The position numbers and the translations under genes are program-made. The notes under the pieces are model-generated. The model saw nothing but the letters and a program-made list of their open reading frames with translations. It was not told the origin of the DNA and did no database searches. Positions 19,604-29,432 of a stretch of DNA of 64,000 nucleotides are shown here, one piece after another. Source of the DNA: Armatimonadota bacterium (GTDB lineage Bacteria; Armatimonadota; SYMT01); contig JBKBRF010000023.1 in the NCBI GenBank assembly GCA_046292385.1, positions 45,031-109,030 of the forward strand. The letters are read 5' to 3'. How positions within the stretch are numbered: position 1 is the first letter of the stretch; the number at the start of each line of letters is the position of its first letter.

Positions 19604-20566
19604 ATGCGACTACTCACCTTCGAAGTGGCCGGACGCTCCCGCCTGGGCGCGGAGTGGAACGGCTTTATCGCAGATCTACAGAACGTGGCCGCGCTTGCGG
19701 ACCTCGTGCAGTACGGCGCCGGCTCCGTGCCCGGGAGCATCGAGCGGTGCCCGTCGGATATGCTCTCCTACCTCCAGGGCGGCGAGGCGACCCGCGCGGT
19801 GGCGAAGGAGGCGCTCGGCTTCCTCGACATGCTCCAGGCCGACGTGGTCGACTCCCTCGCCGGAAACAGCGCCCTGCTCTACCGGGAAGAGCAGATCCGC
19901 CGGCGCGCGCCGATCTCCAACCCGAGCAAGATCATCTGCCTGGGGCTCAACTACCGCGACCACGCGGAAGAGAGCGGCATGGAAGTGCCGACGGAGCCGG
20001 TGCTCTTCTGCAAGTACGCCACCACCATCATCGGCCCCGGCGACACGATCGAGCTGCCGCACGACAGCGAGGAAGTCGATTACGAGGCGGAGCTGGTCTT
20101 CGTCATCGGCAAGCGGGGCCGGCACATTCCCCAGGACCAGGCGCTCGGCTACGTCGCCGGCTATACCTGCGGCCACGACGTCAGCGCCCGCGACTACCAG
20201 TTGAAGCGCGGCGGCAACCAGTGGATGGTCGGCAAGACCTGGGACACCTTCGCCCCGCTCGGCCCGGTGCTGGTTACCCCGGACGAAGGGATCGACCCGG
20301 AGAGCCTGCCGATCCGCTGCGTTCTGAACGGCGAGACGATGCAGGACTCGAACACCAACCAGTTCGTATTCGGCATCGCGGAGACGGTGGCGTATCTCTC
20401 CCGGATCATGACCCTGGAGCCGGGCGACGTCATCTTCACCGGCACCCCGCCCGGCGTCGGCTTCGCCCGCAAGCCGCCGGTCTTCCTGAAAGACGGCGAC
20501 GTCGCCGAGATCCAGATCGACGGCATCGGCAACCTGCGGAACCCGGTCTCCGCCGCGAAGCAGTAG
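19604..20566 (+). CDS. Fumarylacetoacetate hydrolase family protein
   Basis: CLGLNYRDH, DYEAEL, DVSARD, GKTWDTF and GDVIFTGTPPGVG motifs. Confidence 0.93.
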   Translation: MRLLTFEVAGRSRLGAEWNGFIADLQNVAALADLVQYGAGSVPGSIERCPSDMLSYLQGGEATRAVAKEALGFLDMLQADVVDSLAGNSALLYREEQIRRRAPISNPSKIICLGLNYRDHAEESGMEVPTEPVLFCKYATTIIGPGDTIELPHDSEEVDYEAELVFVIGKRGRHIPQDQALGYVAGYTCGHDVSARDYQLKRGGNQWMVGKTWDTFAPLGPVLVTPDEGIDPESLPIRCVLNGETMQDSNTNQFVFGIAETVAYLSRIMTLEPGDVIFTGTPPGVGFARKPPVFLKDGDVAEIQIDGIGNLRNPVSAAKQ

Positions 20567-20591
20567 GCACGGGTTCAGCGTCCGTACAAGT

Positions 20592-20630
20592 TGATGGCCG
20601 GGGGTTAACCCCCGGCCATCACGTTTTCTT
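20592..20630. terminator. Perfect 30-bp palindrome between convergent genes, probable terminator
   Basis: TGATGGCCGGGGGTTAACCCCCGGCCATCA followed by CGTTTTCTT. Confidence 0.7.
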
Positions 20631-20643
20631 CTATCCCATGAGT

Positions 20644-21501
20644 CTACGCCGGCACGACCGGCGGCATCGGCTTGCGGCGCTTTTGCTGCCAGATCTCGAT
20701 CACGTTGGCGATCGGTCCCACGGTGAAGAGCGCGTAGTACGGCGCATGGACGTTGCCGGAGAGCCGGAGCGCGCACTCCGCCGCCGCTACCAGGAACGCC
20801 ACCAGCACCTGCCCGCTCTTGCTCTGTACCGTCGTCTTCGGATCGGTGATCATGAAGAAGATGAAGAGCTGGTACATCGGGCCGGTAATCGGCGCCACCG
20901 TCGTCGCGAACGCCTGGCCGGTGATCGCCGCCCGCAGCGCCGCGAAGAGCACGAAGGAGAGGGCGTAGGTCAGGCAGATGTGGAACCGCTTGAGGCGGTA
21001 GATGATGATCGAGCCGATGGCCCAGATCACCAGCATCGGCCAGTGGATGTTGCCCCACTCGCCGCTGAGCGTGTGGACCGCCCACGGCGCCACGATCAGC
21101 GTCATGGCGATGCCGAAGTTGGACGGGTTCCAGATGTGGCGGCCTTCCCACCGGATCACGTACTTCGACATGATCGAGATCGCCGCGCAGAAGGCGTAGG
21201 GCCAGTAGACTCCCTCCGCGCGGAGCAGGATGCCGACGCTGATCCCGCTGATGTAGGCGCTGGCGAGGTGGGGCCACTTGCCGTAGTAGACCCGGCTGAA
21301 GATCAGCTCCGTCACGATCGAGGTGGCGATGGCGAGCAGAGTGCGGTCGAAGCTGACCAGCACGTTGAACTGCCAGTTCGCCACCAGCAGGATCGCGGTG
21401 ATGAAGATCGGCGCGATGTAGCGCTGGTCGAAGCCGCCCTTCCGCTTCTCGGGGATCGCCGTCGTCCCGGCGGGCGTCAGTGTGGTGGGCTCGGTGCTCA
21501 T
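20644..21501 (-). CDS. UnbU-like / RnfD-NqrB-related polytopic membrane protein
   Basis: SAYISGISVGILL, SKY....GRHIWNPSNFG and FFMITDPKT motifs; ATGA-coupled to the upstream gene. Confidence 0.8.
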   Translation of the reverse strand: MSTEPTTLTPAGTTAIPEKRKGGFDQRYIAPIFITAILLVANWQFNVLVSFDRTLLAIATSIVTELIFSRVYYGKWPHLASAYISGISVGILLRAEGVYWPYAFCAAISIMSKYVIRWEGRHIWNPSNFGIAMTLIVAPWAVHTLSGEWGNIHWPMLVIWAIGSIIIYRLKRFHICLTYALSFVLFAALRAAITGQAFATTVAPITGPMYQLFIFFMITDPKTTVQSKSGQVLVAFLVAAAECALRLSGNVHAPYYALFTVGPIANVIEIWQQKRRKPMPPVVPA

Positions 21502-23273
21502 GCCGATTCCTTCACATGGTGCCGCTTCCCGATCTCGGGAGCTTCAAGCGTCTGCCGGGTGCCGGAGGGCCAGAGGATCTCGACCTTGTCGATCTTCTCC
21601 GCCTCGCCCAGGCCGAAGTGGAGCCGCCGGCTGTTCTGCGCGGCGAAGCCGCTGCCGCCGGAGACCTGCTGGAGCTGCACCTTGCCGTCCCAGTAGAGCT
21701 TCACCTGGGCGCCGATGGCGCTCCGGTTGCTCTTCGTTCCTTCCAGCTCCAGCTCCACCCACCGGTGCTTCGGCTCGGCGTCGTTCCGGTAGAAGAGCAG
21801 CGGGCCGCGCTGGTGCGCCACGGCGACGTCGAGCACGCCCCGGTTCTGGAAGTCGCCCATCACCACGGCGCGGCCGTCGAACGTCTCACTCACGCCGACC
21901 TGCGGCGCGATGTCGACGAAGCGCTTTCCGTCCTGGCTCAGCCAGACCTTCTTCGGCTGGTAGCCGGCGAGGGTGCGGTTGTTCAGGGCCGGCCAGTTCA
22001 CGGCGTCGCTGATGATCGACCCGTGGGCGCCGGTGATTTGGGAGTAGTCGTGCCAGTAGCTGGAGCCGCGGTCGCCGGAGATGAAGCCGTTGGTGAGGAA
22101 GAGGTCGAGCCAGCCGTCGTTGTTCAGGTCGCCGAACTGCGCGCCGAACGCCCAGCCGCCCTCGGAGACGCCGAGCTCCGTCGCCCGCTCCTCGAAGCTC
22201 AAGGCGCCGCCGCCAGCGCCCTCGAGCGGCGACCAGAGGTTGTTGAGCTGCATCATCACGCCGCGCTCGCTGATGTTGGAGACGTAGGCGGCGAGCCGGC
22301 CGCTGTTGGTGATGTCGCCCAGGGAGACGTTCATGCCGCTGCGGGGATGGTCCGCGATGCCGACCGCCTTGCCGATCTCCCGGAACTTGCCGCCGTCGTT
22401 CGCGAAGTACTCCGCGTAGCCGTAGTCGTTGGCGATCACCAGGTCCGGGTAGCCGGTGCCGCGGAAGTCGCCGGCCATCGCCGCGAGCGCCCAGCGGTTG
22501 CTGTTGAGGCCGACCTTCGCGGTGACGTCTTCGAACTTGCCGCCGCCCGAGTTGCGGAGCAGGTACTTGCGGCCGCCGTTGGTGGCGTACTTGAAGCTGT
22601 CCGGCATGATCCGCGTGTCGCGCAGGCGGAAGAGGTCGACGTCCTCGCGGTAGTAGCCGCCGAGGAAGAGGTCGAGCCGGCCGTCACGGTCGTAGTCGAG
22701 CCAGACCGCGGAGTTGGCGTTCGCCCAGGCGGGAAAGCCCTGCACCTCCACGCGGGTCAGCTTCTTGCCGCCCTCGTTCCGGAACAGCTCCGGCCGGCCC
22801 CACTTGTAGAGGAACAGGTCCTCGAAGCCGTCGTTGTCGTAATCGCCCCAGACGGCGCCCATCGACACGCCGGTGCCGGGCTGGTTGACGTCCGCCACGC
22901 CCAGCTCGGCGGCGACGTCCTTGAACGTGCCGTCCTGCTGGTTGCGGTAGAGCCGGTTCTGGCTGCCCTCGGCGCTGTTGGTGACGTAGAGATCGTCCCA
23001 GCCGTCCCGGTCGAAGTCGACCACCGACGCCGCCGCCCCATACGAGGCGACGAGCGGCGAGATCTTCTCCAGCCGGGGGTCGAGCTGCGGCGCCTGGTGG
23101 GTGAAGTCGAGCCCCGCCTTGCGGGACGCCTCTTCCAGGCGGAAGCCGTACCGCTGGATCGCCAGCGAGGGATCTACCGCCGCGGTGGTCTTCATCTGCG
23201 ACCAGACCACCGGCGCCGCGAGGACGCCCACGAAGACGATACTCAGCCCGATTCGCGCGACGCGATTCTCCAT
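21498..23273 (-). CDS. CRTAC1 / ASPIC-UnbV family protein with FG-GAP repeats
   Basis: Repeated D(F/Y)D.DG..DL motifs; C-terminal SNRSAIGA.V and GSGF.AQN...LHFGLG; N-terminal anchor. Confidence 0.92.
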   Translation of the reverse strand: MENRVARIGLSIVFVGVLAAPVVWSQMKTTAAVDPSLAIQRYGFRLEEASRKAGLDFTHQAPQLDPRLEKISPLVASYGAAASVVDFDRDGWDDLYVTNSAEGSQNRLYRNQQDGTFKDVAAELGVADVNQPGTGVSMGAVWGDYDNDGFEDLFLYKWGRPELFRNEGGKKLTRVEVQGFPAWANANSAVWLDYDRDGRLDLFLGGYYREDVDLFRLRDTRIMPDSFKYATNGGRKYLLRNSGGGKFEDVTAKVGLNSNRWALAAMAGDFRGTGYPDLVIANDYGYAEYFANDGGKFREIGKAVGIADHPRSGMNVSLGDITNSGRLAAYVSNISERGVMMQLNNLWSPLEGAGGGALSFEERATELGVSEGGWAFGAQFGDLNNDGWLDLFLTNGFISGDRGSSYWHDYSQITGAHGSIISDAVNWPALNNRTLAGYQPKKVWLSQDGKRFVDIAPQVGVSETFDGRAVVMGDFQNRGVLDVAVAHQRGPLLFYRNDAEPKHRWVELELEGTKSNRSAIGAQVKLYWDGKVQLQQVSGGSGFAAQNSRRLHFGLGEAEKIDKVEILWPSGTRQTLEAPEIGKRHHVKESA

Positions 23274-23329
23274 AGCAGCTCCGTCCTACCGAATCGCGGC
23301 CACACCTGGTGACCGGCGGCCTCCGCGCG

Positions 23330-24349
23330 TCACTTCAGGGTGATGCTGGCGGGGCGAATGTCTTTCGGGATAAAGCGGCGGTCGATCAGCTCCGACATCG
23401 GCACCGGCCGCTCCAGGATACCCGCTCGCAGGCCCATCTCCTGGATGCGGTTCAGCTCCTCATCCGTGGGGGTGAGCATCCGGTAGCTCACGCGGTTGCG
23501 GGGCTGCGTCAGGACGTGGCGCACCACTTTCTCATCCTGACGGAAATACGGTGCGGCGAGCGCGGCGGCCTCCAGCCGGTGGGTTTCCGCCCATTCGCCG
23601 GACTCCGCGATGCCCCGTACCAGGTCGGCCACCACCTGGGGCTTTTCCTTGATCACCCGCTCGGTCACCACCAGGCAGCAGGAGATGAAGCTGGGCCACA
23701 CGTCCTTGATATGGTGGAGCACCCGCCCGGTACCGTCCAGCTCCGCCCGCGCTGCGTGCGGCTCGCCGATGATGTAGGCGTCGATCGCCCGCACGGCGAG
23801 CGCGCCCGGCATGTCCGGCGGCGGCATCTCGATGAACTTCACGTCGTTGGGTGAGAGCCCCCGGTCTTCCATCAGCTTGCGGATCACCAGGTACTGGTTG
23901 CTGTACTTGCTCGGGATGGCGACCGTCTTGCCGCGCAGTTCGCCCACGTCCTTCGCAGTCGAGTCGCTGCGGACCATGATCGTGGTGCCGTCGCGGTGGC
24001 CCAGGTAGGCGATCTTCACCGGGACGCCCTGCTCCCGCAGCTTCATGGCGAGCGGCACGATCATGAAGGAGGCGTCGAGGTGACCCGCCTTGATCGTCTC
24101 CACCACGGTGGGAAAGTCTGTAAAACGCTGCGACTCGAACCGAGTCGTCGTGCTGGTCTTCGACGCGAAGTCGGTGACCGGGCACGTCAGGTGTCACGTC
24201 ACCGGCAGGAAGCCGACCTTCAGCGTCTCCTTCGCCACCACCTGCGGCTCCTTCGCCGCCAGCGCCTCCCACGGCCGGAACCGGAGGACGCCGATGCCGG
24301 CGTAGACCGCCGCCACCGTGGCCCAGACTTTGATGCTCGATCGGGTCAT
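23330..24349 (-). CDS. NrtA/SsuA/NMT1-type ABC substrate-binding protein, probable selenoprotein (Sec at codon 52, UxxxC)
   Basis: GGGAG RBS and ATG 24349 in frame with the 23330-24106 ORF; N-terminal TM anchor; LKVGFLPVT-TGA-HLTCPVT; hairpin just 3' of the TGA; 339 aa with readthrough. Confidence 0.8.
24149..24193 (-). promoter_or_regulatory. Candidate bacterial SECIS element
   Basis: mRNA after UGA: CACCUGA CGUGC CC GGUC ACCGA CUUCG CGU CGAAG ACC A GCACG; lower stems CGUGC/GCACG and GGU/ACC, apical CUUCG/CGAAG with a GU-containing loop 28 nt from UGA; folded by eye. Confidence 0.55.
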
Positions 24350-24469
24350 GCTTTACTCCCGGACAACAGTTCTCGGATCCTTCTCGCCGCCCGTCCCGTG
24401 TCGGCCAACGCACCGCAGCTTGCCCCTGGCTCACGTTTCTTGCCGATGTGCCGCGTCAGCACCGCGGCT

Positions 24470-24730
24470 CCGACCCCGCGCCCTTGTGCCAGGAAGCAGC
24501 CCTCCCGCGACGACGGTCCTCCGCGCCCTTTTCACACTCCGCTGCGCTCCGTTAGCAGGGCGCTGCGGGAGTGCATCCCATCAGGCTCTGCCCGCGCCAA
24601 CAACCGGGGCTCCAATCAGAGGCTCGGTTCACGGGCTGCCTCCTGGCCCTTCGAGCGAACCCCCCTGCGCCCAGGGGGGTTCACAGGTGCCGTCCTCCGC
24701 CGCAGCCTGCGGCTGCACCTCCGGACGCCT
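24470..24730. repeat. About 300-nt structured dispersed repeat, copy C
   Basis: Homologous to the reverse complement of copy A; arms 24488-24502 / 24633-24647. Confidence 0.85.
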
Positions 24731-24782
24731 CGGAAACATGGTGGTCACCGACTAGGAGACCCCTTTCGGGAATCGCAGGTAC

Positions 24783-25068
24783 ACGCGCGATGGCTACCAG
24801 CGGAGCCCGTAGGTTCTGCCGTAGGCAGAGCCGGAGGGTTCCCCTTGTGACCACCCCTGGCGAGGGGTGGTTGCTTGAGCCGGGGGGAGCGGCCCGTGAA
24901 TCGCCGCGATGGTGCAGTCGCCGTGACCGATCGCGGCCCACAGCGGGACGGGGAGCACGCCCGGACCAGCCCGTTAGCCCGAAGGGCGTGGGAGGGCTGA
25001 GGGAGGGCCACTCACGCGGGAGGGCCGCTCCCCCCGGTGGGGGCACGGGGTGGAACTGCGGTGAGATG
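24783..25068. repeat. About 300-nt structured dispersed repeat, copy D (inverted relative to C)
   Basis: Perfect 16-bp arms 24880-24895 / 25022-25037; homologous to B and E. Confidence 0.85.
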
Positions 25069-25174
25069 TCTTGCCCGAAAAGTGGCGGAAGGCCTCCTGC
25101 TCGGGAGGCTGGGCCCACAGACGGGGAACGGTGCACGTGGGAGCTGTCACGATCGTAAGACACGGCAACCCTCC

Positions 25175-25916
<742 letters not shown>

Positions 25917-25927
<11 letters not shown>

Positions 25928-26687
25928 AACCCCACCGCACCTCCGGGAGCAGCGTGAGCCGCGCGAGCAGCCAGTCGAGCCCCATTCCGATCACTCCGAT
26001 CACCACCATGTGGCAGACGAGCCAGTCGGTCCGCAGCGCGTTCCGGTCGTCCCACACCGCAAAGCCGAGGCCGTTGATGCCCGCGATCATCTCGGCCGCC
26101 ACCACCACCATCCAGGAGACGCCGGCCGCTACCCGCAGCGCGGTGATGAACTGGGGCATGATCGCCGGCAGCGAGACCTTCGTGATCAGCTCCAGGCCCT
26201 TGTAGCCGTAGTCGCGGGCCACCCGGAACTGGACGGCCGGGATGTTCGCGACAGCGGCGCTGATCGAGAGCACCAGCGTGAAGAAGGTCCCCATGAAGAT
26301 CAGGAAGATGGCGGGCGCATCCCCGATCTTGAACCAGAGCACCGCGAAGGTGATCCAGGCGAGCGGCGAGAGATTGCGGAAGAAGTTGACCGCCGGCAGC
26401 AGGGCGAGGCGCGCCAGCCGGGAGTGCCCCATCCAGAGCCCCACCGGCACGCTGAGCGCCACCGCCACGCCGAAGCCGATCGCCACGCGCCAGAGGGACG
26501 CGGCCACGTCGGTCAGCATCCGGCCGCTCCGCACCTCGTGCGCGAAGCCTTCCAGCACCGCCTGCGGGGGCGGGAACGCCGACTTCGGATAGATCCCGAG
26601 CGCGGAGACGACGCTCCATGCCACCAGCAGCACGGCAAAGACCCCGAGCGGCAGCAGCAGCGTTTGGGCGGATGCGCGTTCCTTCAA
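25917..26687 (-). CDS. NitT/TauT-family (SsuC/TauC-like) ABC permease
   Basis: FPPP, SLWRV..GF, PLAW and W..VVAAEMI...GLG motifs; TTG start with GGAG. Confidence 0.93.
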
Positions 26688-26877
26688 GACTACGGCTCCG
26701 GTCGCGGGGGGAAAGCGGGCGGCGCGACGACTTCGACATACGTTGTTACGGGCCCCAACCGGGGCGGTCCTCCACCGGCGGCGGTCCCTTAACCGTTTCT
26801 AATGCCCGCCCTCCCCACGAAAAAAGTTCCTCCGCGCAGCGTCACGCCGCAACCGGGCCGCGCGTACCGGCTCTGAA

Positions 26878-27450
26878 ATGACGACCATGGACGCCGCCAT
26901 CACCGAATGCACCGCGGACGACGAGGCGATGCGGCTCGTCGCGGCCGGGGACAGCCAGGCGCTCGCGATGCTGTTCGAGCGTCACAAGACCCGGCTCTTC
27001 GGGTACCTCTGCCACGTCACGGGAGACCGGTCGCTGGCGGAAGACCTGCTGAGCGACGTCTTCCTGCGGGTCTACCGGGCGCGGGGCACGTACCGCCCCG
27101 GCAGCGGATTCGCGCCGTGGCTCTACCGGATCGCGCGCAACCTGGCGATCGGAGAGCTGCGCCGGCGCTCCACCTTCCGGAAAGTCTGGGACCGGCTGGT
27201 GCGGGAAGCGCGCACCGCCCCGACCGATCCGTGGGAGCCGTTCCGCGGGGAGGTGAAGGAGCAGGTGCAGGCGGCGCTCTCCCTCCTGCCGGAGGAGCAG
27301 CGCTCCGCGCTGGTGCTGAAGGAGTATGCCGACCTGAGCTACCGTGAAGTGGCGGAGGTGCTGGGCTGCACCGAAGAGGCGGCCCGGGCGCGCGCCTACC
27401 GGGCGCGGATGAGCCTCCGGGAGTCGCTGCGCGAGTATGTCGATGCGTGA
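26878..27450 (+). CDS. ECF sigma-70 factor
   Basis: AEDL..DVFL, F..WLYRIARN and LSYREVAEVLG motifs. Confidence 0.93.
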   Translation: MTTMDAAITECTADDEAMRLVAAGDSQALAMLFERHKTRLFGYLCHVTGDRSLAEDLLSDVFLRVYRARGTYRPGSGFAPWLYRIARNLAIGELRRRSTFRKVWDRLVREARTAPTDPWEPFRGEVKEQVQAALSLLPEEQRSALVLKEYADLSYREVAEVLGCTEEAARARAYRARMSLRESLREYVDA

Positions 27451-27478
27451 ACGCGTCGGGAGCTAGGAATTCGGGAGT

Positions 27479-27961
27479 ATGCAGTATTCGGATCGATCCC
27501 TGACTTGCGCCGACGCCGCTCCCCTGCTGCCGGCCCTCGGCGACCTGCCGGAAGCCCGCCGTCGGGAAGTCGTCCTGCATCTCGAGTCGTGCGTCTCCTG
27601 CGCGGCGGAGGCGCGGGCCTACCGGGCCGTCGACGCGCTGGTCCGCGACGACCCGTTCCCGGGCGTGCCGCTGCCGAGCGGGCGGAGCGTGGTGACCGGA
27701 ATCCTGGAGCAGGAGGCGGCGCGCGCCCGGCCGTCGTGGAGCCGGTGGGCCTGGGCGCCCGCGGCGGCAGTGGCGGCCTCACTGATCTTCGTCGCCGCGC
27801 GCCCGGAGCCGGCGCCGACCCCTGTGCCGGCCCCTGCGGTCGAGGTGGAGCCGCTGCCCGTGCTGCGCATCGTGGACGACGAGCAGGGGCGCAGCGTGTG
27901 GCTCTCCTCCCCCACCGCGGCCGACGCGGGCGACCGCGAGCGAGCGGACCGCAAGCTGTGA
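27479..27961 (+). CDS. Zinc-binding (ZAS-type) transmembrane anti-sigma factor
   Basis: HLESCVSC (HxxxCxxC) and one TM helix, directly downstream of the ECF gene. Confidence 0.8.
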   Translation: MQYSDRSLTCADAAPLLPALGDLPEARRREVVLHLESCVSCAAEARAYRAVDALVRDDPFPGVPLPSGRSVVTGILEQEAARARPSWSRWAWAPAAAVAASLIFVAARPEPAPTPVPAPAVEVEPLPVLRIVDDEQGRSVWLSSPTAADAGDRERADRKL

Positions 27962-28866
27962 TGCGCCTGTTCCGCGCATCGGTAGCTGCCCTGGCGTTTG
28001 CTCTCGCTGGAGCGCTCGGGCTGTCCCCCAGCTCCGCGGCGGCGCAGGAAGCGGTATCCGACGGGCTGCGGATCCGGGTGGTGGAGCTGGCGCAGAGCGT
28101 CGACCTCTCCCGCGGCAAGGAGCGGTTCCTCACCGTGACGGTCGAGCTTTCCGCCGCCGACCCGGTGCGCCTCCGGCGCGTGCAGCCGCTGCGGGACGAC
28201 TTTACGGTGCTGGCGGGTAAGGCGATGCTCCCCTGCCGCTGGCTTCGCGGCGGCTCCCTACCGGAAGATCCTACCCGGCTGCGCTTCACCCTCGGCTTCT
28301 CCCTTCCGCCGCCGGGCACCGCTCGCGTCGCCCTGCAGGCGAACCTGCCGCGCCTGGACGGCGGCGAGGCGCTCGAGCTGCGGCTGGACGATCTCTCCGC
28401 CGGCCAGACCCGGAAAGGCCCGGGCTGGACACTCACGGTTCAGGCCTTCTCCCCCGAGAGCTACGATCCACCCGCCGTGCCGCCGAAGGGCACGTTCATC
28501 TCCAAGCTCGGCCCGGTCGACGCGCGCGTCTTTCGGAAGCAGAGTCCCAAAGCCGGTGAGCCGGACCGCGCCGTGCTGCTGCGGATCCACTCGGAAGACA
28601 CCGCGCTCTACGACCCGATCCTCGACGTCTCCGGGAATCTGCTGGTCGACGGCCGGCCGGGCCCCGCGCTCCTCTCCGCGCGGATGCTGCGGGAGCCCTC
28701 TCGCACCGTGGAGAAGCCGCCGGCCGGCCCGTTCGTCCGCGGCGAGTTCTACTTCCCTGTCCCCGCGAAGGGGCGGCCCACCGGAGCGGTGATCCGTCTC
28801 CACCGCCGCGGCGCCGGCACCGAAAAGCCGGTGCTCCTGCGCGACCTGCCGGTGCCGAGTGTCTGA
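27961..28866 (+). CDS. Hypothetical secreted protein
   Basis: TGATG coupling to the anti-sigma gene; signal peptide ending AAAQ. Confidence 0.7.
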   Translation: MRLFRASVAALAFALAGALGLSPSSAAAQEAVSDGLRIRVVELAQSVDLSRGKERFLTVTVELSAADPVRLRRVQPLRDDFTVLAGKAMLPCRWLRGGSLPEDPTRLRFTLGFSLPPPGTARVALQANLPRLDGGEALELRLDDLSAGQTRKGPGWTLTVQAFSPESYDPPAVPPKGTFISKLGPVDARVFRKQSPKAGEPDRAVLLRIHSEDTALYDPILDVSGNLLVDGRPGPALLSARMLREPSRTVEKPPAGPFVRGEFYFPVPAKGRPTGAVIRLHRRGAGTEKPVLLRDLPVPSV

Positions 28867-28961
28867 GCTACCGTTTGAACGGTTGCAATCGACGGCGACG
28901 CCTACTATGGAGGGTGGGAGAGCTGGCGACGCGTTGGCTGCGGCGCCGGCGGGGGAGTTGA

Positions 28962-29432
28962 ATGGAAGTGCGCGGTTCCTGGGACTGCGGGTGCGGCCGT
29001 CGCAATCATGGGCTTCGGGAGAGCTGCGTCGCTTGCGGCTCTTCGCGCGCCAGCGGGCTCGACGTCTACGACTACCGCTCCAGCAGCGCTTCCACCCCCC
29101 GGGCACAGCGGCGCGGCCTTAGCTTCCGGGACTATCTCTCGCTCGCGGTCATCGCGGCAGCGCTGGGTGGTTACGCCTACTTAACGGCCGGTGCCGAGCT
29201 CCCCGGGCAGGCGCAGGGCTCCTACCTGCGCCACGTGGCCACGGTCCGCCATGGAATGTCGGACGCGCAGGTGCGCGACCTCTGCGGTCCGCCGGACGAG
29301 ATCCGCATCCGCCCCTCGGCCCAGCTTCCGATTGCCACCTCGGCCCGCCGCATCGAAGTGTGGAGCTACGACAACGGCGGAGCGCTCCTCACCTTCGGTG
29401 ATGGCGAGCTGATCGCCATCCGCCGGAATTAA
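28962..29432 (+). CDS. Zinc-ribbon + TM + SmpA/BamE-like domain protein
   Basis: WDCGCGRRN....CVAC; TM helix; GMS..QV....GPPD...W.Y motif. Confidence 0.7.
   Translation: MEVRGSWDCGCGRRNHGLRESCVACGSSRASGLDVYDYRSSSASTPRAQRRGLSFRDYLSLAVIAAALGGYAYLTAGAELPGQAQGSYLRHVATVRHGMSDAQVRDLCGPPDEIRIRPSAQLPIATSARRIEVWSYDNGGALLTFGDGELIAIRRN

Noticed and set aside
20644..23273. Enediyne biosynthetic cluster, or Rnf/Nqr complex
   Set aside because: There is no PKS, thioesterase or other rnf/nqr subunit in the window; only the UnbU/UnbV-like pair is present.
23330..24106. ORF-track 258-aa version of the substrate-binding protein, or a pseudogene call
   Set aside because: It lacks an export signal and the first strand of the fold. 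The upstream in-frame segment has an RBS, TM anchor and motif. A pseudogene is not excluded, but a single TGA next to Cys with a following hairpin favours Sec.
24350..25174. Group II intron, riboswitch or protein-coding ORFs in the gap
   Set aside because: No domain V or riboswitch consensus that I recognise; the ORFs are translations of the non-coding repeat.
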